This document shows, in pieces, positions 8,994 to 17,860 of a DNA stretch of 64,000 nucleotides. Made by a program: the position numbers and the translations under genes. The DNA is from an uncultured bacterium (GTDB lineage: Bacteria > Spirochaetota > UBA4802 > JAGODF01), in contig CAKZSV010000035.1 of assembly GCA_937921485.1 (NCBI GenBank), positions 5,949-69,948 of the forward strand, in the 5' to 3' direction. Positions within the stretch are counted from its first letter, which is position 1. Every line of letters begins with the position of its first letter. The notes beneath the pieces are model-generated. The model was given only the letters and a program-made list of their open reading frames with translations, did not search any database and was not told where the DNA came from.

Positions 8994-11095
8994 GGAATTA
9001 CAGAAAAAAATTCACCAGCACAAACTCTACAACAAACAAAGTACTTGAGCTTTTAAAGAAATCCCAGAATGATGAATTCTCTGCGGAAAAATTATTATCC
9101 CGGCTTTCCGACATCAAAAAGCGTAACAACAAAAAGCACCGCAACCGGAATCCTTTTGAAGAAATAAACCACTTGCTCGCCGCGCTTCACGGGATTGGAT
9201 ATCTCATAAAGAAAAAAAATAATTATATCATCAATCCGGAATTTATTTGCCGGGGAAAGATAAAATTTTTCGGTTCCGGCAGCGCCTGCGTGCTGCTCGA
9301 TGATGGATACGAATTGCCTGTACGCAAAGAAGATGCCGGCAGCGCGCAAAACGGCGATGCGGTAATGTTTGAAATTTCCGATTATCACAAAGGGCAGTTT
9401 TACGCACGGGTCACCGCAGTGCAGACACGAAGCAAAGAACGCCATCTGGCCCGCATCGACCGCCCTCACATGCAGGGACTCATGCTCACGCTATTAGACA
9501 CGCCCGGCAATATCCGCGTATGGGCACCGCTTCCCCGCTTTCCCATCAATACGGGCTATTATGCATTCATCGCAATAAGCGATGAAGCAACTCCATGGGG
9601 TCAGAAATGCGAAATTCAGGAAGCTTTTCCGCCCGACGACGAAAGCTACGACGCCCAGCGCATAATCGTGAAACACGGGCTTCCCGATACGCACAAACGC
9701 TATCGTGAACTTCAAAATATCGATGCAATTATTCAAAATGAACTGCCCGGGCGGAAGGATTACCGAAATCTTTATACCATTACCATCGATGGCGAAAGCG
9801 CGAAGGATTTCGATGACGCCATATCCCTTGAAGATGAAGGCAGTTGCGTTCGGCTTTACGTCCACATCGCCGATGTCTCGAGCTTTGTGAAAAAAGGTTC
9901 TCCCCTCGACAAAGAAGCGCTTATCCGGGGAAACAGCTACTATATCGGCAACCGCGTGGTTCCGATGCTGCCGGAAATTCTTTCAAATGAATATTGCTCG
10001 CTGAAAGCGGGCGTTGACCGCCTCACGCTAAGCGCAGAACTTCTCATCGACGAAAAAGGCGTACTTCAGAAAATGAGTTTTCATCGGGGCGTTATCAACG
10101 TCAATCGCAGGCTCACGTATAATGAAGCTGATGCAATTCTTACAGGCAAGGGCAAAAGCGAAATTAAAAATCTTTTACAAAAATTCGACGCGCTCACCCT
10201 GCGCCTCAAACAAATGCGGATGAACCGCGGAAGGGTTGACCTCAACATCCCCAACGAAGAGATCATCTACGATAACGGAAGAACTGCCGATATTCTCTTT
10301 GGCAAACGGCTCATCAGCCACCGCATTATTGAGGAATGCATGCTGAGCGCAAACGAAGCGGCATCAAAAATACTCCGTGAAGCGGGAATGCCGACACTGT
10401 ATCGCATCCACGAGACCATCAGCGAAGAGAAGCTTTCCGCGCTGATAAGTTTTTTTAGAACCCTCGGCCTTCGCTTCGACACAAAAGCGCCGGTGGGCGT
10501 TGCGCTTCAGCACATCATCGATGCCGCCGCGGGCAGAGAATACGAGCAGGTGGTCAATCTCATCAGCCTGCGTTCCTTCATGCAGGCGTATTATGGAAGC
10601 GAACCGGTTGGCCATTTCGGCCTGGGCTTCCGCGATTATACGCACTTCACCTCGCCTATTCGCCGCTACCCGGATCTGGTGGTACACCGCTGCATAAAAG
10701 CACTCTTAGACGGTAGCCGCCCTCCCTACAACGCTGCCGCGCTCGATGAAATCGGTGAAAAAACTTCTGCCACCGAGCGCGTCCAGATGAAGGCAGAACG
10801 CGATTATGTGAAGCTGAAAGCCTGCCGCCTGATGAATCCTAAAAGAGGCGAACAATTCGATGTGGTAGTCACAAGCGTTTCAAGGCTTGGCTTAAATGCT
10901 GGCCTCATCGATAGGCCCATCGAGGGGATGGTGCCGCTGTGGACGCTCACCGACGATTACTATCTGGTCAATGAAGATGAGTTCACCGTGGTGGGCAAGC
11001 GCCTGGGGCGAAGATTCCGCATCGGCGACAAACTGCGCGCCGTGCTGCTCAATGCCGACATCGACACCATGCATTTAGATTTTAAGATTGTATGA
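8990..11095 (+). CDS. rnr: Ribonuclease R (RNase II/R family 3'-5' exoribonuclease)
   Basis: 701 aa. RNB catalytic motifs 'ITIDGESAKDFDDAISLE' and 'HFGLGFRDYTHFTSPIRRYPDLVVHR'. C-terminal S1-like region. Confidence 0.93.
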   Translation: MRNYRKKFTSTNSTTNKVLELLKKSQNDEFSAEKLLSRLSDIKKRNNKKHRNRNPFEEINHLLAALHGIGYLIKKKNNYIINPEFICRGKIKFFGSGSACVLLDDGYELPVRKEDAGSAQNGDAVMFEISDYHKGQFYARVTAVQTRSKERHLARIDRPHMQGLMLTLLDTPGNIRVWAPLPRFPINTGYYAFIAISDEATPWGQKCEIQEAFPPDDESYDAQRIIVKHGLPDTHKRYRELQNIDAIIQNELPGRKDYRNLYTITIDGESAKDFDDAISLEDEGSCVRLYVHIADVSSFVKKGSPLDKEALIRGNSYYIGNRVVPMLPEILSNEYCSLKAGVDRLTLSAELLIDEKGVLQKMSFHRGVINVNRRLTYNEADAILTGKGKSEIKNLLQKFDALTLRLKQMRMNRGRVDLNIPNEEIIYDNGRTADILFGKRLISHRIIEECMLSANEAASKILREAGMPTLYRIHETISEEKLSALISFFRTLGLRFDTKAPVGVALQHIIDAAAGREYEQVVNLISLRSFMQAYYGSEPVGHFGLGFRDYTHFTSPIRRYPDLVVHRCIKALLDGSRPPYNAAALDEIGEKTSATERVQMKAERDYVKLKACRLMNPKRGEQFDVVVTSVSRLGLNAGLIDRPIEGMVPLWTLTDDYYLVNEDEFTVVGKRLGRRFRIGDKLRAVLLNADIDTMHLDFKIV

Positions 11096-11475
11096 AATTC
11101 GTGATACATCATCACACCGGCAATCCCCGCGAAGAATCGCACTACGATGTGATGATTGAATCGGACGAAGCGCTTCTCACCTGGCGCGTTACAGAAGCTG
11201 CCATGAAAGAGCTTCTGGAGGGAAAAGAAGTTTCGGCAGCACGCATCGCCGATCATCGGAAAGCATATCTCACCTACGAAGGCCCAATCTCCTGCGACCG
11301 CGGCATGGTGAAAATCATGGACAGCGGTACGTGCATTCCCCAATGTCATGATAATGAGGTGACGCGATATACTCTTATTGGAAGTGCGTTCTACGGCACG
11401 CTTATCACAAAAAAGGCGTACGGCCATAATTATATGTTTCAATATATCCCTTCCGATGCAGAAAAAATGCATTGA
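11092..11475 (+). CDS. Stand-alone LigD-N / 3'-phosphoesterase-like domain protein (tentative)
   Basis: 127 aa. 'FVIHHH...SHYDVMIE...LLTWRV...DHRKAYLTYEGPI...GMVKIMDSG' follows the pattern of the LigD phosphoesterase-type domain (FVxQxH..HYDxRLE..L.SW...DH...Y..FEG.I...G.V...D.G). The ATG overlaps the rnr stop (ATGA). Confidence 0.55.
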   Translation: MKFVIHHHTGNPREESHYDVMIESDEALLTWRVTEAAMKELLEGKEVSAARIADHRKAYLTYEGPISCDRGMVKIMDSGTCIPQCHDNEVTRYTLIGSAFYGTLITKKAYGHNYMFQYIPSDAEKMH

Positions 11476-11537
11476 CGGAAGCATGCCCGCACAGCACGCT
11501 GATGTTATGTATCACCATCCGCATTCGGGAGCATCGC

Positions 11538-12176
11538 ATGGAAATTACGCACCCAACCGTCACGCTTCTTGCAATCACCCCACAGGGTGAAAAACTCATC
11601 GAAGAGGCGGGACGCACCTGCTATCTTTCGCTCGATAAAATAGGCAACGGCACGGAGAAAAATTTCATCCGCAACTGCATAAAGAATGGCCATCTCTCAA
11701 TTCTTGAACATGCCTCCGCAACATTCCGCATTCAGGGTGCCTCGCGCGCGTTTACCCATCAGCTGGTGCGGCACCGGCTTGCAAGCTTTTCACAGCAGTC
11801 CCAGCGCTACGTGGATGAAAACGAATTTCACTATGTCGTCCCGCCCGATATTGAACGAAACAGCGGCGCGCTCAAAGTATTCCGGGATTTCATCGAGCAT
11901 TCACGAGCCACCTATCGGACGCTTCGCGAACTCGGCATAAAAAAAGAAGACGCGCGCTTTGTGCTTCCCAACGCGCTTGAAAGCCAGATCGTTTTCAGCG
12001 CAAACTTTCGAGAGCTGCGCTTCATCTTCACGCTGCGCCTTCACCCAAGCGCGCAATGGGAAATCCGGCGCGTATGCCTTCAGATGCTCAAAATCATGCA
12101 GCACGAAGCGCCTTCGGTCTTCGGCGATTTTCTCATCGATGAATCCCGCTGGACGGCAGAGCCCGGCATACGGTAA
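11538..12176 (+). CDS. thyX: FAD-dependent thymidylate synthase ThyX
   Basis: ThyX signature 'RHRLASFSQQSQRY' (RHRxxSxxxxSxR). The likely start is ATG 11538 ('MEITHPTVTLLAITPQGE') with GGGAG upstream. The tracked ORF begins at 11472. Confidence 0.93.
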   Translation: MEITHPTVTLLAITPQGEKLIEEAGRTCYLSLDKIGNGTEKNFIRNCIKNGHLSILEHASATFRIQGASRAFTHQLVRHRLASFSQQSQRYVDENEFHYVVPPDIERNSGALKVFRDFIEHSRATYRTLRELGIKKEDARFVLPNALESQIVFSANFRELRFIFTLRLHPSAQWEIRRVCLQMLKIMQHEAPSVFGDFLIDESRWTAEPGIR

Positions 12177-12198
12177 GATTTGCACCGACGGTGATAAG

Positions 12199-12660
12199 TC
12201 ACCGCCTGTTTTCTATTTGTTGCATAAGATAGTGTTTTATTGCTTCAAGGCCGAGCAGGTACGAGTGAAAACCGAAGCCGGATATCTGCCCCACGCATAC
12301 GGGCGCAATGAGCGAATTTTTCCTGAATTCCTCCCGCGCATGGATGTTCGTGAGATGAACCTCCACGGCAGGAAGTCCCGTTGATGCAATCGCATCGCGG
12401 ATGGCGATGGACGTGTGGGTATATGCCCCCGGATTAATTACGATACCGGATGCGTCGCAATTCTGCTGGATGATATCGATGATGCCGCCTTCCGAATTCG
12501 ACTGAAAAATGCGCACTGCAATACTCAATTCCGCAGCTTTTCTCTGTATCATGGAATTGAGGTCGTCGAGTGTGCTTTTGCCGTAGATCTCAGGCTCTCG
12601 TTTTCCCAGAAAATTCAGATTCGGACCGTGGATCACCAGTATGGTAAATTCAGATATCAT
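12199..12660 (-). CDS. aroQ: Type II 3-dehydroquinate dehydratase
   Basis: '[21 protein letters not shown]', '[16 protein letters not shown]', '[15 protein letters not shown]'. ATG 12660 is preceded by GGAGG, so it is preferred over ATG 12675. Confidence 0.93.
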   Translation of the reverse strand: MISEFTILVIHGPNLNFLGKREPEIYGKSTLDDLNSMIQRKAAELSIAVRIFQSNSEGGIIDIIQQNCDASGIVINPGAYTHTSIAIRDAIASTGLPAVEVHLTNIHAREEFRKNSLIAPVCVGQISGFGFHSYLLGLEAIKHYLMQQIENRR

Positions 12661-12739
12661 GGGGAAAACCTCCATTGGGCGTACTCATTCGATACTTTTT
12701 CACACTTTAGTACAATGTACAATATTTCCTGCCCGGCAT

Positions 12740-13159
12740 TTACGTGCAATTGAAATATTGTTCAATTTCTTTAGTAAGCTCATCAAAATCATTAATACCT
12801 TCAAGTATGTTTTTTCTCAAAATTTCATCATCTATTATCCAATATCGATGAATGAGGCTGTTTCGAAAATCAAAAAATGGCTTAAAGCGTTCAAAAAGCT
12901 TTTCAGAAATTATTTTCGCGTCACGAGCTTTTATTATTGTATCAACATAGCCTGATACCGCAATTCCCTTTTCTCTTGCAAGAATATGCTGCAAAACTCC
13001 CGAAATGGCTTCTGCAAGTTCAACCAACATATACTTCGCTGCTTTCATGGAAAGTGTATTGGGCACCAATTCGTCATTTTCAATTAAAGAGCGCAACTCA
13101 GAAGAATTTTTCTTTATATCATTAAGATATTTTCTCACCCGCATTTCATCTATGTTCAT
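12740..13159 (-). CDS. hepT: HepT-like (DUF86, HEPN-superfamily) toxin
   Basis: 'FRNSLIHRYWIID' matches the Rx4HxY HEPN/DUF86 motif. ATG 13159 overlaps the upstream MNT stop in an ATGA. Confidence 0.8.
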   Translation of the reverse strand: MNIDEMRVRKYLNDIKKNSSELRSLIENDELVPNTLSMKAAKYMLVELAEAISGVLQHILAREKGIAVSGYVDTIIKARDAKIISEKLFERFKPFFDFRNSLIHRYWIIDDEILRKNILEGINDFDELTKEIEQYFNCT

Positions 13160-13554
13160 CGCATAACCTCGGCAATCAATCCTTCGCATTCGCGGTATTT
13201 TGTGCCATACCGCTCAATAAAATCCGCCCGCACAATCGGGAGCTTATCGACAATGAGGAAGCCGCTTTCAAAAATATTTTTTAAATACAGAAGCGCAAAA
13301 ATATCGCCTTTCGCAGGAATATCGTTGATTATCTGAATATCAAACATATCTGCAACGATGCCTGTTTTTTTATATAGCGCGTATCTCAAATCAGACGTAA
13401 GCACAAAGGGATTATCGCAATTCTGCATAAAAATTGCAATATCGATGTCCCGATAATTATCTGATATCACAGCCGAACCATAGAGGTACGCGAAAACAAC
13501 TCTTTCATCGCTTTCGCATATTTGTGCGATTTCTTTAATCAATGACTTTTTCAT
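13156..13554 (-). CDS. mntA: MntA-like minimal nucleotidyltransferase (antitoxin partner of HepT)
   Basis: 'VFAYLYGSAVISDNYRDIDIAIFM' matches the GS...DxD nucleotidyltransferase motif. The likely start is 'MKKSLIKEIAQ' at 13554. Confidence 0.8.
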   Translation of the reverse strand: MKKSLIKEIAQICESDERVVFAYLYGSAVISDNYRDIDIAIFMQNCDNPFVLTSDLRYALYKKTGIVADMFDIQIINDIPAKGDIFALLYLKNIFESGFLIVDKLPIVRADFIERYGTKYRECEGLIAEVMR

Positions 13555-13637
13555 ACTCGATGTCGCGTATAACACCTTACTGCAATTATCGCTGCTATTT
13601 GCTTTTCTATGGAACACACGAGACACGATCTGTCAAA

Positions 13638-14591
13638 TTATATTTTTCCGGCATCATGCAGTTCTCCAAGTATGTGTACCACTTCCTTTCGCTCCTTCGC
13701 CTGCAGGAGGCGGACGCGAAAGTGTGCCGCCCCGTGAAATCCGTGAATGTATTTCACCAGATGCTTGCGCATAAGGATTACTCCGTACTCACCATAGTGG
13801 GCAATCATCGCATCGAGATGCGCGATGATTTGTTCGACGATTTCCGAAAGAGAAGGCCTCGCTCCGGAAAATATCCAGGGATTGCCTACCGCACCGCGTC
13901 CAATCATCACCGCCGCACATCCCGATTCCTTCATGCGCCGGTGCGCGTCATCATAGCTTGCAATATCGCCATTGCCGATTACTGGAACGCGGGCGCCTTC
14001 AGCAATTTCAGCAATACTATTCCAGTCTGCGTTTCCTGAAAACATCTGGCTTCGCGTGCGCCCATGCACGGAAATAAAATCGACGCCGGCATCCTCAAGC
14101 GCGCGGACGGTATCCTTGTAATTCAAACTCGAAAAATCCCAGCCGATGCGTATCTTTGCAGAAACCGGCACGTTCACCGCGCGCACCACGTTTGCGGCAA
14201 TTTTCCCAAGAAGCGCCGCATCGCGCAAAAGCGCCGCGCCCATGCCGCCGCTGCAGATTTTTTGCGAGCAGCATCCCATGTTGATGTCGATAAAATCAGG
14301 GGAAAGCGTCTCCACAATGCCAGCCGCAGTTGCCATCACCTCAGGGTTGTTTCCGAAAATCTGGATGCCAAGCGGGCGCTCCTTTTCGGTAAATAACAAA
14401 AGCTTCCTTGTTTTTTTGTTATCCCGCACAATGCCTTCCGCGCTCACCAGTTCCGTCACGGTGAAGCCCGCCCCGTGCGCGCGCGCGATGCTCCTGAACG
14501 GGGAATCGGTATATCCCGCCATGGGCGCAAGAACCAGGGGCGAATGGATATGCAATCGTCCAAGAGATATTGCAGAAGTATTATTATCCAT
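13638..14591 (-). CDS. dus: tRNA-dihydrouridine synthase
   Basis: 317 aa. 'LVLAPMAGYTDSPFRSIAR', 'DINMGCCSQKI', 'ISVHGRTRSQMFSG'. Confidence 0.92.
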   Translation of the reverse strand: MDNNTSAISLGRLHIHSPLVLAPMAGYTDSPFRSIARAHGAGFTVTELVSAEGIVRDNKKTRKLLLFTEKERPLGIQIFGNNPEVMATAAGIVETLSPDFIDINMGCCSQKICSGGMGAALLRDAALLGKIAANVVRAVNVPVSAKIRIGWDFSSLNYKDTVRALEDAGVDFISVHGRTRSQMFSGNADWNSIAEIAEGARVPVIGNGDIASYDDAHRRMKESGCAAVMIGRGAVGNPWIFSGARPSLSEIVEQIIAHLDAMIAHYGEYGVILMRKHLVKYIHGFHGAAHFRVRLLQAKERKEVVHILGELHDAGKI

Positions 14592-14698
14592 ACAGCAGGC
14601 ATACTACGAAGCAGAGGGATGTTCTGTCATCGAATTTTTTACTTGCGTACAATGCATGTAGTATCAGGAATGAATTCGAAGGCACAATAATCCGAACC

Positions 14699-15352
14699 AT
14701 GCACCTTGCAATCTGCGAAATATTCCGTTCCATTCAGGGCGAGACCACGCGCGCGGGCTTTCCTTCGCTTTTCATTCGCCTTGCCGGCTGCAATCTCAAC
14801 TGCGCCTGGTGCGATACCCCCTACGCGCGCGGAGGGGGAAACGCGATTTCGATTGACGACATCCTGCACACGGTCACATCTGCCGGCAGGTTTCATCATA
14901 TCACCATCACCGGCGGCGAACCCCTTTTGCAGGATGCCACCCCGGCTCTCATACAGCAACTCATCGATCTCGGCTATGAGGTGCAGGTGGAAACCAACGG
15001 AAGTATCGATATTTCATTAATACCATTCCCCGCACGGCGCATCGTCGATGTCAAAAGCCCTTCAAGCGGGGAAGCGAAATCCTTTCTGCGCGAAAATCTT
15101 CATCATCTTGCTCCGGGCGATGAGCTGAAAATTCCCATTGCCGATGAAAACGATTTTATCTTCGCAAAGAATTTTATTGAAAAATACAAAAGGATGCTTT
15201 ATAATGGCATTGTAGTGAATGTTTCTCCAGTAAGCGGCAGAATGAATCCGGCGAAGCTTGCGGAAATGATGCTTGATGAACATCTTGACGCGCGACTGAA
15301 TCTCCAGCTTCACACATTCATCTGGCCAGGCGGAGAACGAAAGAATGTATAG
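14699..15352 (+). CDS. queE: 7-carboxy-7-deazaguanine synthase (radical SAM)
   Basis: 'EIFRSIQGETTRAGFPSLFIRLAGCNLNCAWCDT'. ATG 14699 is preferred over the tracked 14570, which overlaps the dus start. Ends in TAG. Confidence 0.9.
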   Translation: MHLAICEIFRSIQGETTRAGFPSLFIRLAGCNLNCAWCDTPYARGGGNAISIDDILHTVTSAGRFHHITITGGEPLLQDATPALIQQLIDLGYEVQVETNGSIDISLIPFPARRIVDVKSPSSGEAKSFLRENLHHLAPGDELKIPIADENDFIFAKNFIEKYKRMLYNGIVVNVSPVSGRMNPAKLAEMMLDEHLDARLNLQLHTFIWPGGERKNV

Positions 15353-15376
15353 CATGCAATTGCGAGGTGTGCAATA

Positions 15377-16255
15377 ATGCATTATGAAGGCAATATCATT
15401 CGCCCCCCAAGCGAAGCGCACAGCATGATTATTCAGGTGACGGTGGGATGCTCCCATAATCAGTGCACCTTTTGCGGCACCTACAAAGGCTACAATTTCC
15501 GCATCAAAGACATGCGCACAATCAAAGCCGACATCGATGAAGCATCATCCTGGGGCATTCCTTTTACGAAGGCCTTTTTAGCCGACGGCGATGTGCTAAT
15601 TCTGCCAACAAAAGACCTGCTTGAAATCATCGGGTACCTTCGCCGGAAAAATCCCCGCATCGCGCGCATCGGGGTATATGGCAACACAAAGGCCATTTTG
15701 AAAAAAAGCCTTGATGAGCTCAAGGAGCTTCGCGATGCGGGACTCGGCATTGTGTATCAGGGCATTGAAAGCGGCAATATTGAGGTTCTTCGCAAAATTA
15801 AAAAAGGAGCATTTCCTCATAAGCAGAAGGCAACCGCGGAAAAAATAATCAGCGCCGGCATTTTGCTTTCGCAGACGGTGCTTCTCGGAATCGGCGGCGT
15901 TGAGAAAAGCCGTGAGCATGCCATCGATACCGGCAAACACCTGGGCGAGATGTCGCCGGACTACGCTTCGGCGCTGACGGTGATGCTTTTGCCGAACACG
16001 GAACTCTACCGGGACTATCGCGCGGGTATATTCAGACTTCCCGATAAATTCGGTTTGCTTGAGGAACTGCGATTGATGATTGAGCACATGCATGTCCATC
16101 GTCCGTGCTTTTTTACTTCAAACCACGCATCGAACTATCTTCCCATACGGGCGCATTTTCCAGAAGAGCACGATGCGGTACTTCGGGCGCTGAATACTAT
16201 TTTGAAAAATCGCGACGATTCTGTGCTACGGCCTGAATTCATGCGGGCATTGTGA
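15377..16255 (+). CDS. Radical SAM domain protein of unknown specificity
   Basis: 292 aa. 'IIRPPSEAHSMIIQVTVGCSHNQCTFCGTYKG' contains the CxxxCxxC cluster. Confidence 0.85.
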   Translation: MHYEGNIIRPPSEAHSMIIQVTVGCSHNQCTFCGTYKGYNFRIKDMRTIKADIDEASSWGIPFTKAFLADGDVLILPTKDLLEIIGYLRRKNPRIARIGVYGNTKAILKKSLDELKELRDAGLGIVYQGIESGNIEVLRKIKKGAFPHKQKATAEKIISAGILLSQTVLLGIGGVEKSREHAIDTGKHLGEMSPDYASALTVMLLPNTELYRDYRAGIFRLPDKFGLLEELRLMIEHMHVHRPCFFTSNHASNYLPIRAHFPEEHDAVLRALNTILKNRDDSVLRPEFMRAL

Positions 16256-16281
16256 TGTTATAATATCCGAGGAGGAATCTC

Positions 16282-16446
16282 ATGGGTGTATCAAATCTTG
16301 AAGATGCTGTTCGTTTCATCGGCCTCGAGCTGAAGGATAATCCCGATGCCGACATCGTGAAGCTCATCGAAGAAGCAAGTCAGAAATTCGATCTCAATCC
16401 CATGCAGCAGGAATTTTTAACGAACAAGTATATTTTGAACAAGTAA
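16282..16446 (+). CDS. Small hypothetical protein (54 aa), absent from the ORF track because it is under 60 aa
   Basis: GGAGGA RBS (16271-16276) lies 5 nt before the ATG. Translation: MGVSNLEDAVRFIGLELKDNPDADIVKLIEEASQKFDLNPMQQEFLTNKYILNK. It fills the gap between two same-strand genes. Confidence 0.6.
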   Translation: MGVSNLEDAVRFIGLELKDNPDADIVKLIEEASQKFDLNPMQQEFLTNKYILNK

Positions 16447-16496
16447 CAGTCGCAATTTCTATAAATATCCATGTGAAAACGCAGGATAACCTCATA

Positions 16497-16874
16497 ATGT
16501 CAAGTACACCAATAAAACAATGCAAACGAAGAGGGTACTGCTGTCAGGACGTGCGGCTTGCGGAAGATCCTGAAATGCTGAAAAACGCATACGATGCGTG
16601 GCGCAGGCTTTCTTCGGTTGATCCGAAATTTTCGGAAATCTATCTCATCTACCCCATGCTGACGTTTTTATATGAAAAACCTGACGAGGACATTCCATAT
16701 CACTATCGCTGCAAACATTTTACGTATGATGAAAACGGCGTTCCTACCTGTTCTATCTATGAAATCCGTCCCCGCATGTGCCGGGACTTTCCCTACTACG
16801 ATGATGTTCCGCACCTCGATCGCAGCGGAAACGTGAGCCCCTACGAAGGCTGCGGCTACAACGATCCGGATTGA
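16497..16874 (+). CDS. YkgJ/UPF0153-like Cys-rich putative Fe-S or zinc-binding protein
   Basis: 'CKRRGYCCQD' and 'CSIYEIRPRMCRDFPYY' fit the CxxCGxCC...RPxxCRxFP pattern. The start is either GTG 16473 or ATG 16497. Confidence 0.65.
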   Translation: MSSTPIKQCKRRGYCCQDVRLAEDPEMLKNAYDAWRRLSSVDPKFSEIYLIYPMLTFLYEKPDEDIPYHYRCKHFTYDENGVPTCSIYEIRPRMCRDFPYYDDVPHLDRSGNVSPYEGCGYNDPD

Positions 16875-16880
16875 AAGCGT

Positions 16881-17744
16881 ATGCCTTATAAAAATATCCG
16901 AAATTCGTTTTTTTTGCTTCTGTGCGTCCTATCATTCGGCATTATGATCGGAGCGTACACCATCGGCAGTGTGCTTCGCATGTTCATCGAGGGAGAAATC
17001 AGCCGCACTTTTGGGAGGAGAAAAGTGGAAAAGCAAATTGCCTCACTCAAAGGCCACTACATCGTCTGCGGTTATGGGCGAATAGGGAAGCTTATATGCC
17101 AGGAACTCGCCGCCGCCGGCATGCCCTTCGTCGTAATCGAGAACGATCCCGGAGCGATTGAACAATTGCAGAAAGAGCGGTACCTTTTCCTTGCGCTGGA
17201 TGCAACCCGGGAAGACGTTCTCAAGGCAGCGGGCATTATGCAGGCAAAGGGTATTGTCACCGCGCTTCGGTCCGATGCCGATAATGTATTTATCACACTC
17301 ACCGCGCGCGGGCTTAGAGGCGATATATTTATCTTAGCACGCGCATCGGAAGAATCGTCCATCATCAAGCTCAAACGCGCAGGAGCGACCCGCGTCGATA
17401 TTCCGTATGCGATCGGCGGAAAACGCATGGCGCAGGCGCTCATCCGCCCTGCAGTGGGCGATTTCATCGATCTCGCCATTATGGACATGGACCAGGAGCT
17501 TGGCCTTGGCATGGAAGAAGTTCCCATTTAGGAGCATTCTAAGCTTATTGGCAAAAATTTAATCGAAAGCAATATCCGAAAAGACTACGGTGTCATCATC
17601 GTTGCCATCAAACGGCATACCGGCACAATGGAATTCAATCCCGCTCCATCAGCGGCGCTGCACGCACACGACGTGCTGGTGGTGATGGGGAAAAAAGAGG
17701 ATCTTTTGCGTATGAACAGCGAACTGGCGTCGAAAAAATATTGA
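16881..17744 (+). pseudogene. RCK (TrkA-N plus TrkA-C) K+-transport regulatory protein interrupted by an in-frame TAG at 17529-17531. It has only one N-terminal TM helix and no pore region.
   Basis: TrkA-N signature 'HYIVCGYGRIGKLICQELAAAGMPFVVIENDP'. After the TAG the same frame continues for 70 codons, 'EHSKLIGKNLIESNIRKDYGVIIVAIKRHTGTMEFNPAPSAALHAHDVLVVMGKKEDL', which is a typical TrkA-C domain, and ends at TGA 17742-17744. Confidence 0.8.
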
Positions 17745-17860
17745 CGCGCAGAATAATAAGCCATTAATGACCGCTAAAAACGAATCGGAGGTTTGCCATC
17801 ACCCGCAGACAGATAAATCTCGCCCGGATTAGCCTCATCAACAGGAAAATCAATTCCCCG

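Noticed and set aside
17529-17531. Genome-wide TAG reassignment or pyrrolysine as an explanation for the in-frame TAG
   Set aside because: TAG clearly terminates queE (15350-15352), the radical SAM/SPASM gene (21635-21637), the WD40 gene (48025-48027) and fliG (52155-52157) at sensible ends. No pyl genes are in the window. Local readthrough cannot be excluded, but global recoding is unlikely.
17798-17860. N-terminal extension of the PP2C phosphatase from a non-canonical ATC start after GGAGG (17787-17791)
   Set aside because: The upstream frame is open and reads plausibly ('ITRRQINLARISLINRKINSP'), but it has no ATG, GTG or TTG. The ATG at 17861 already yields a complete GAF N-terminus. The evidence for a rare start codon is insufficient.
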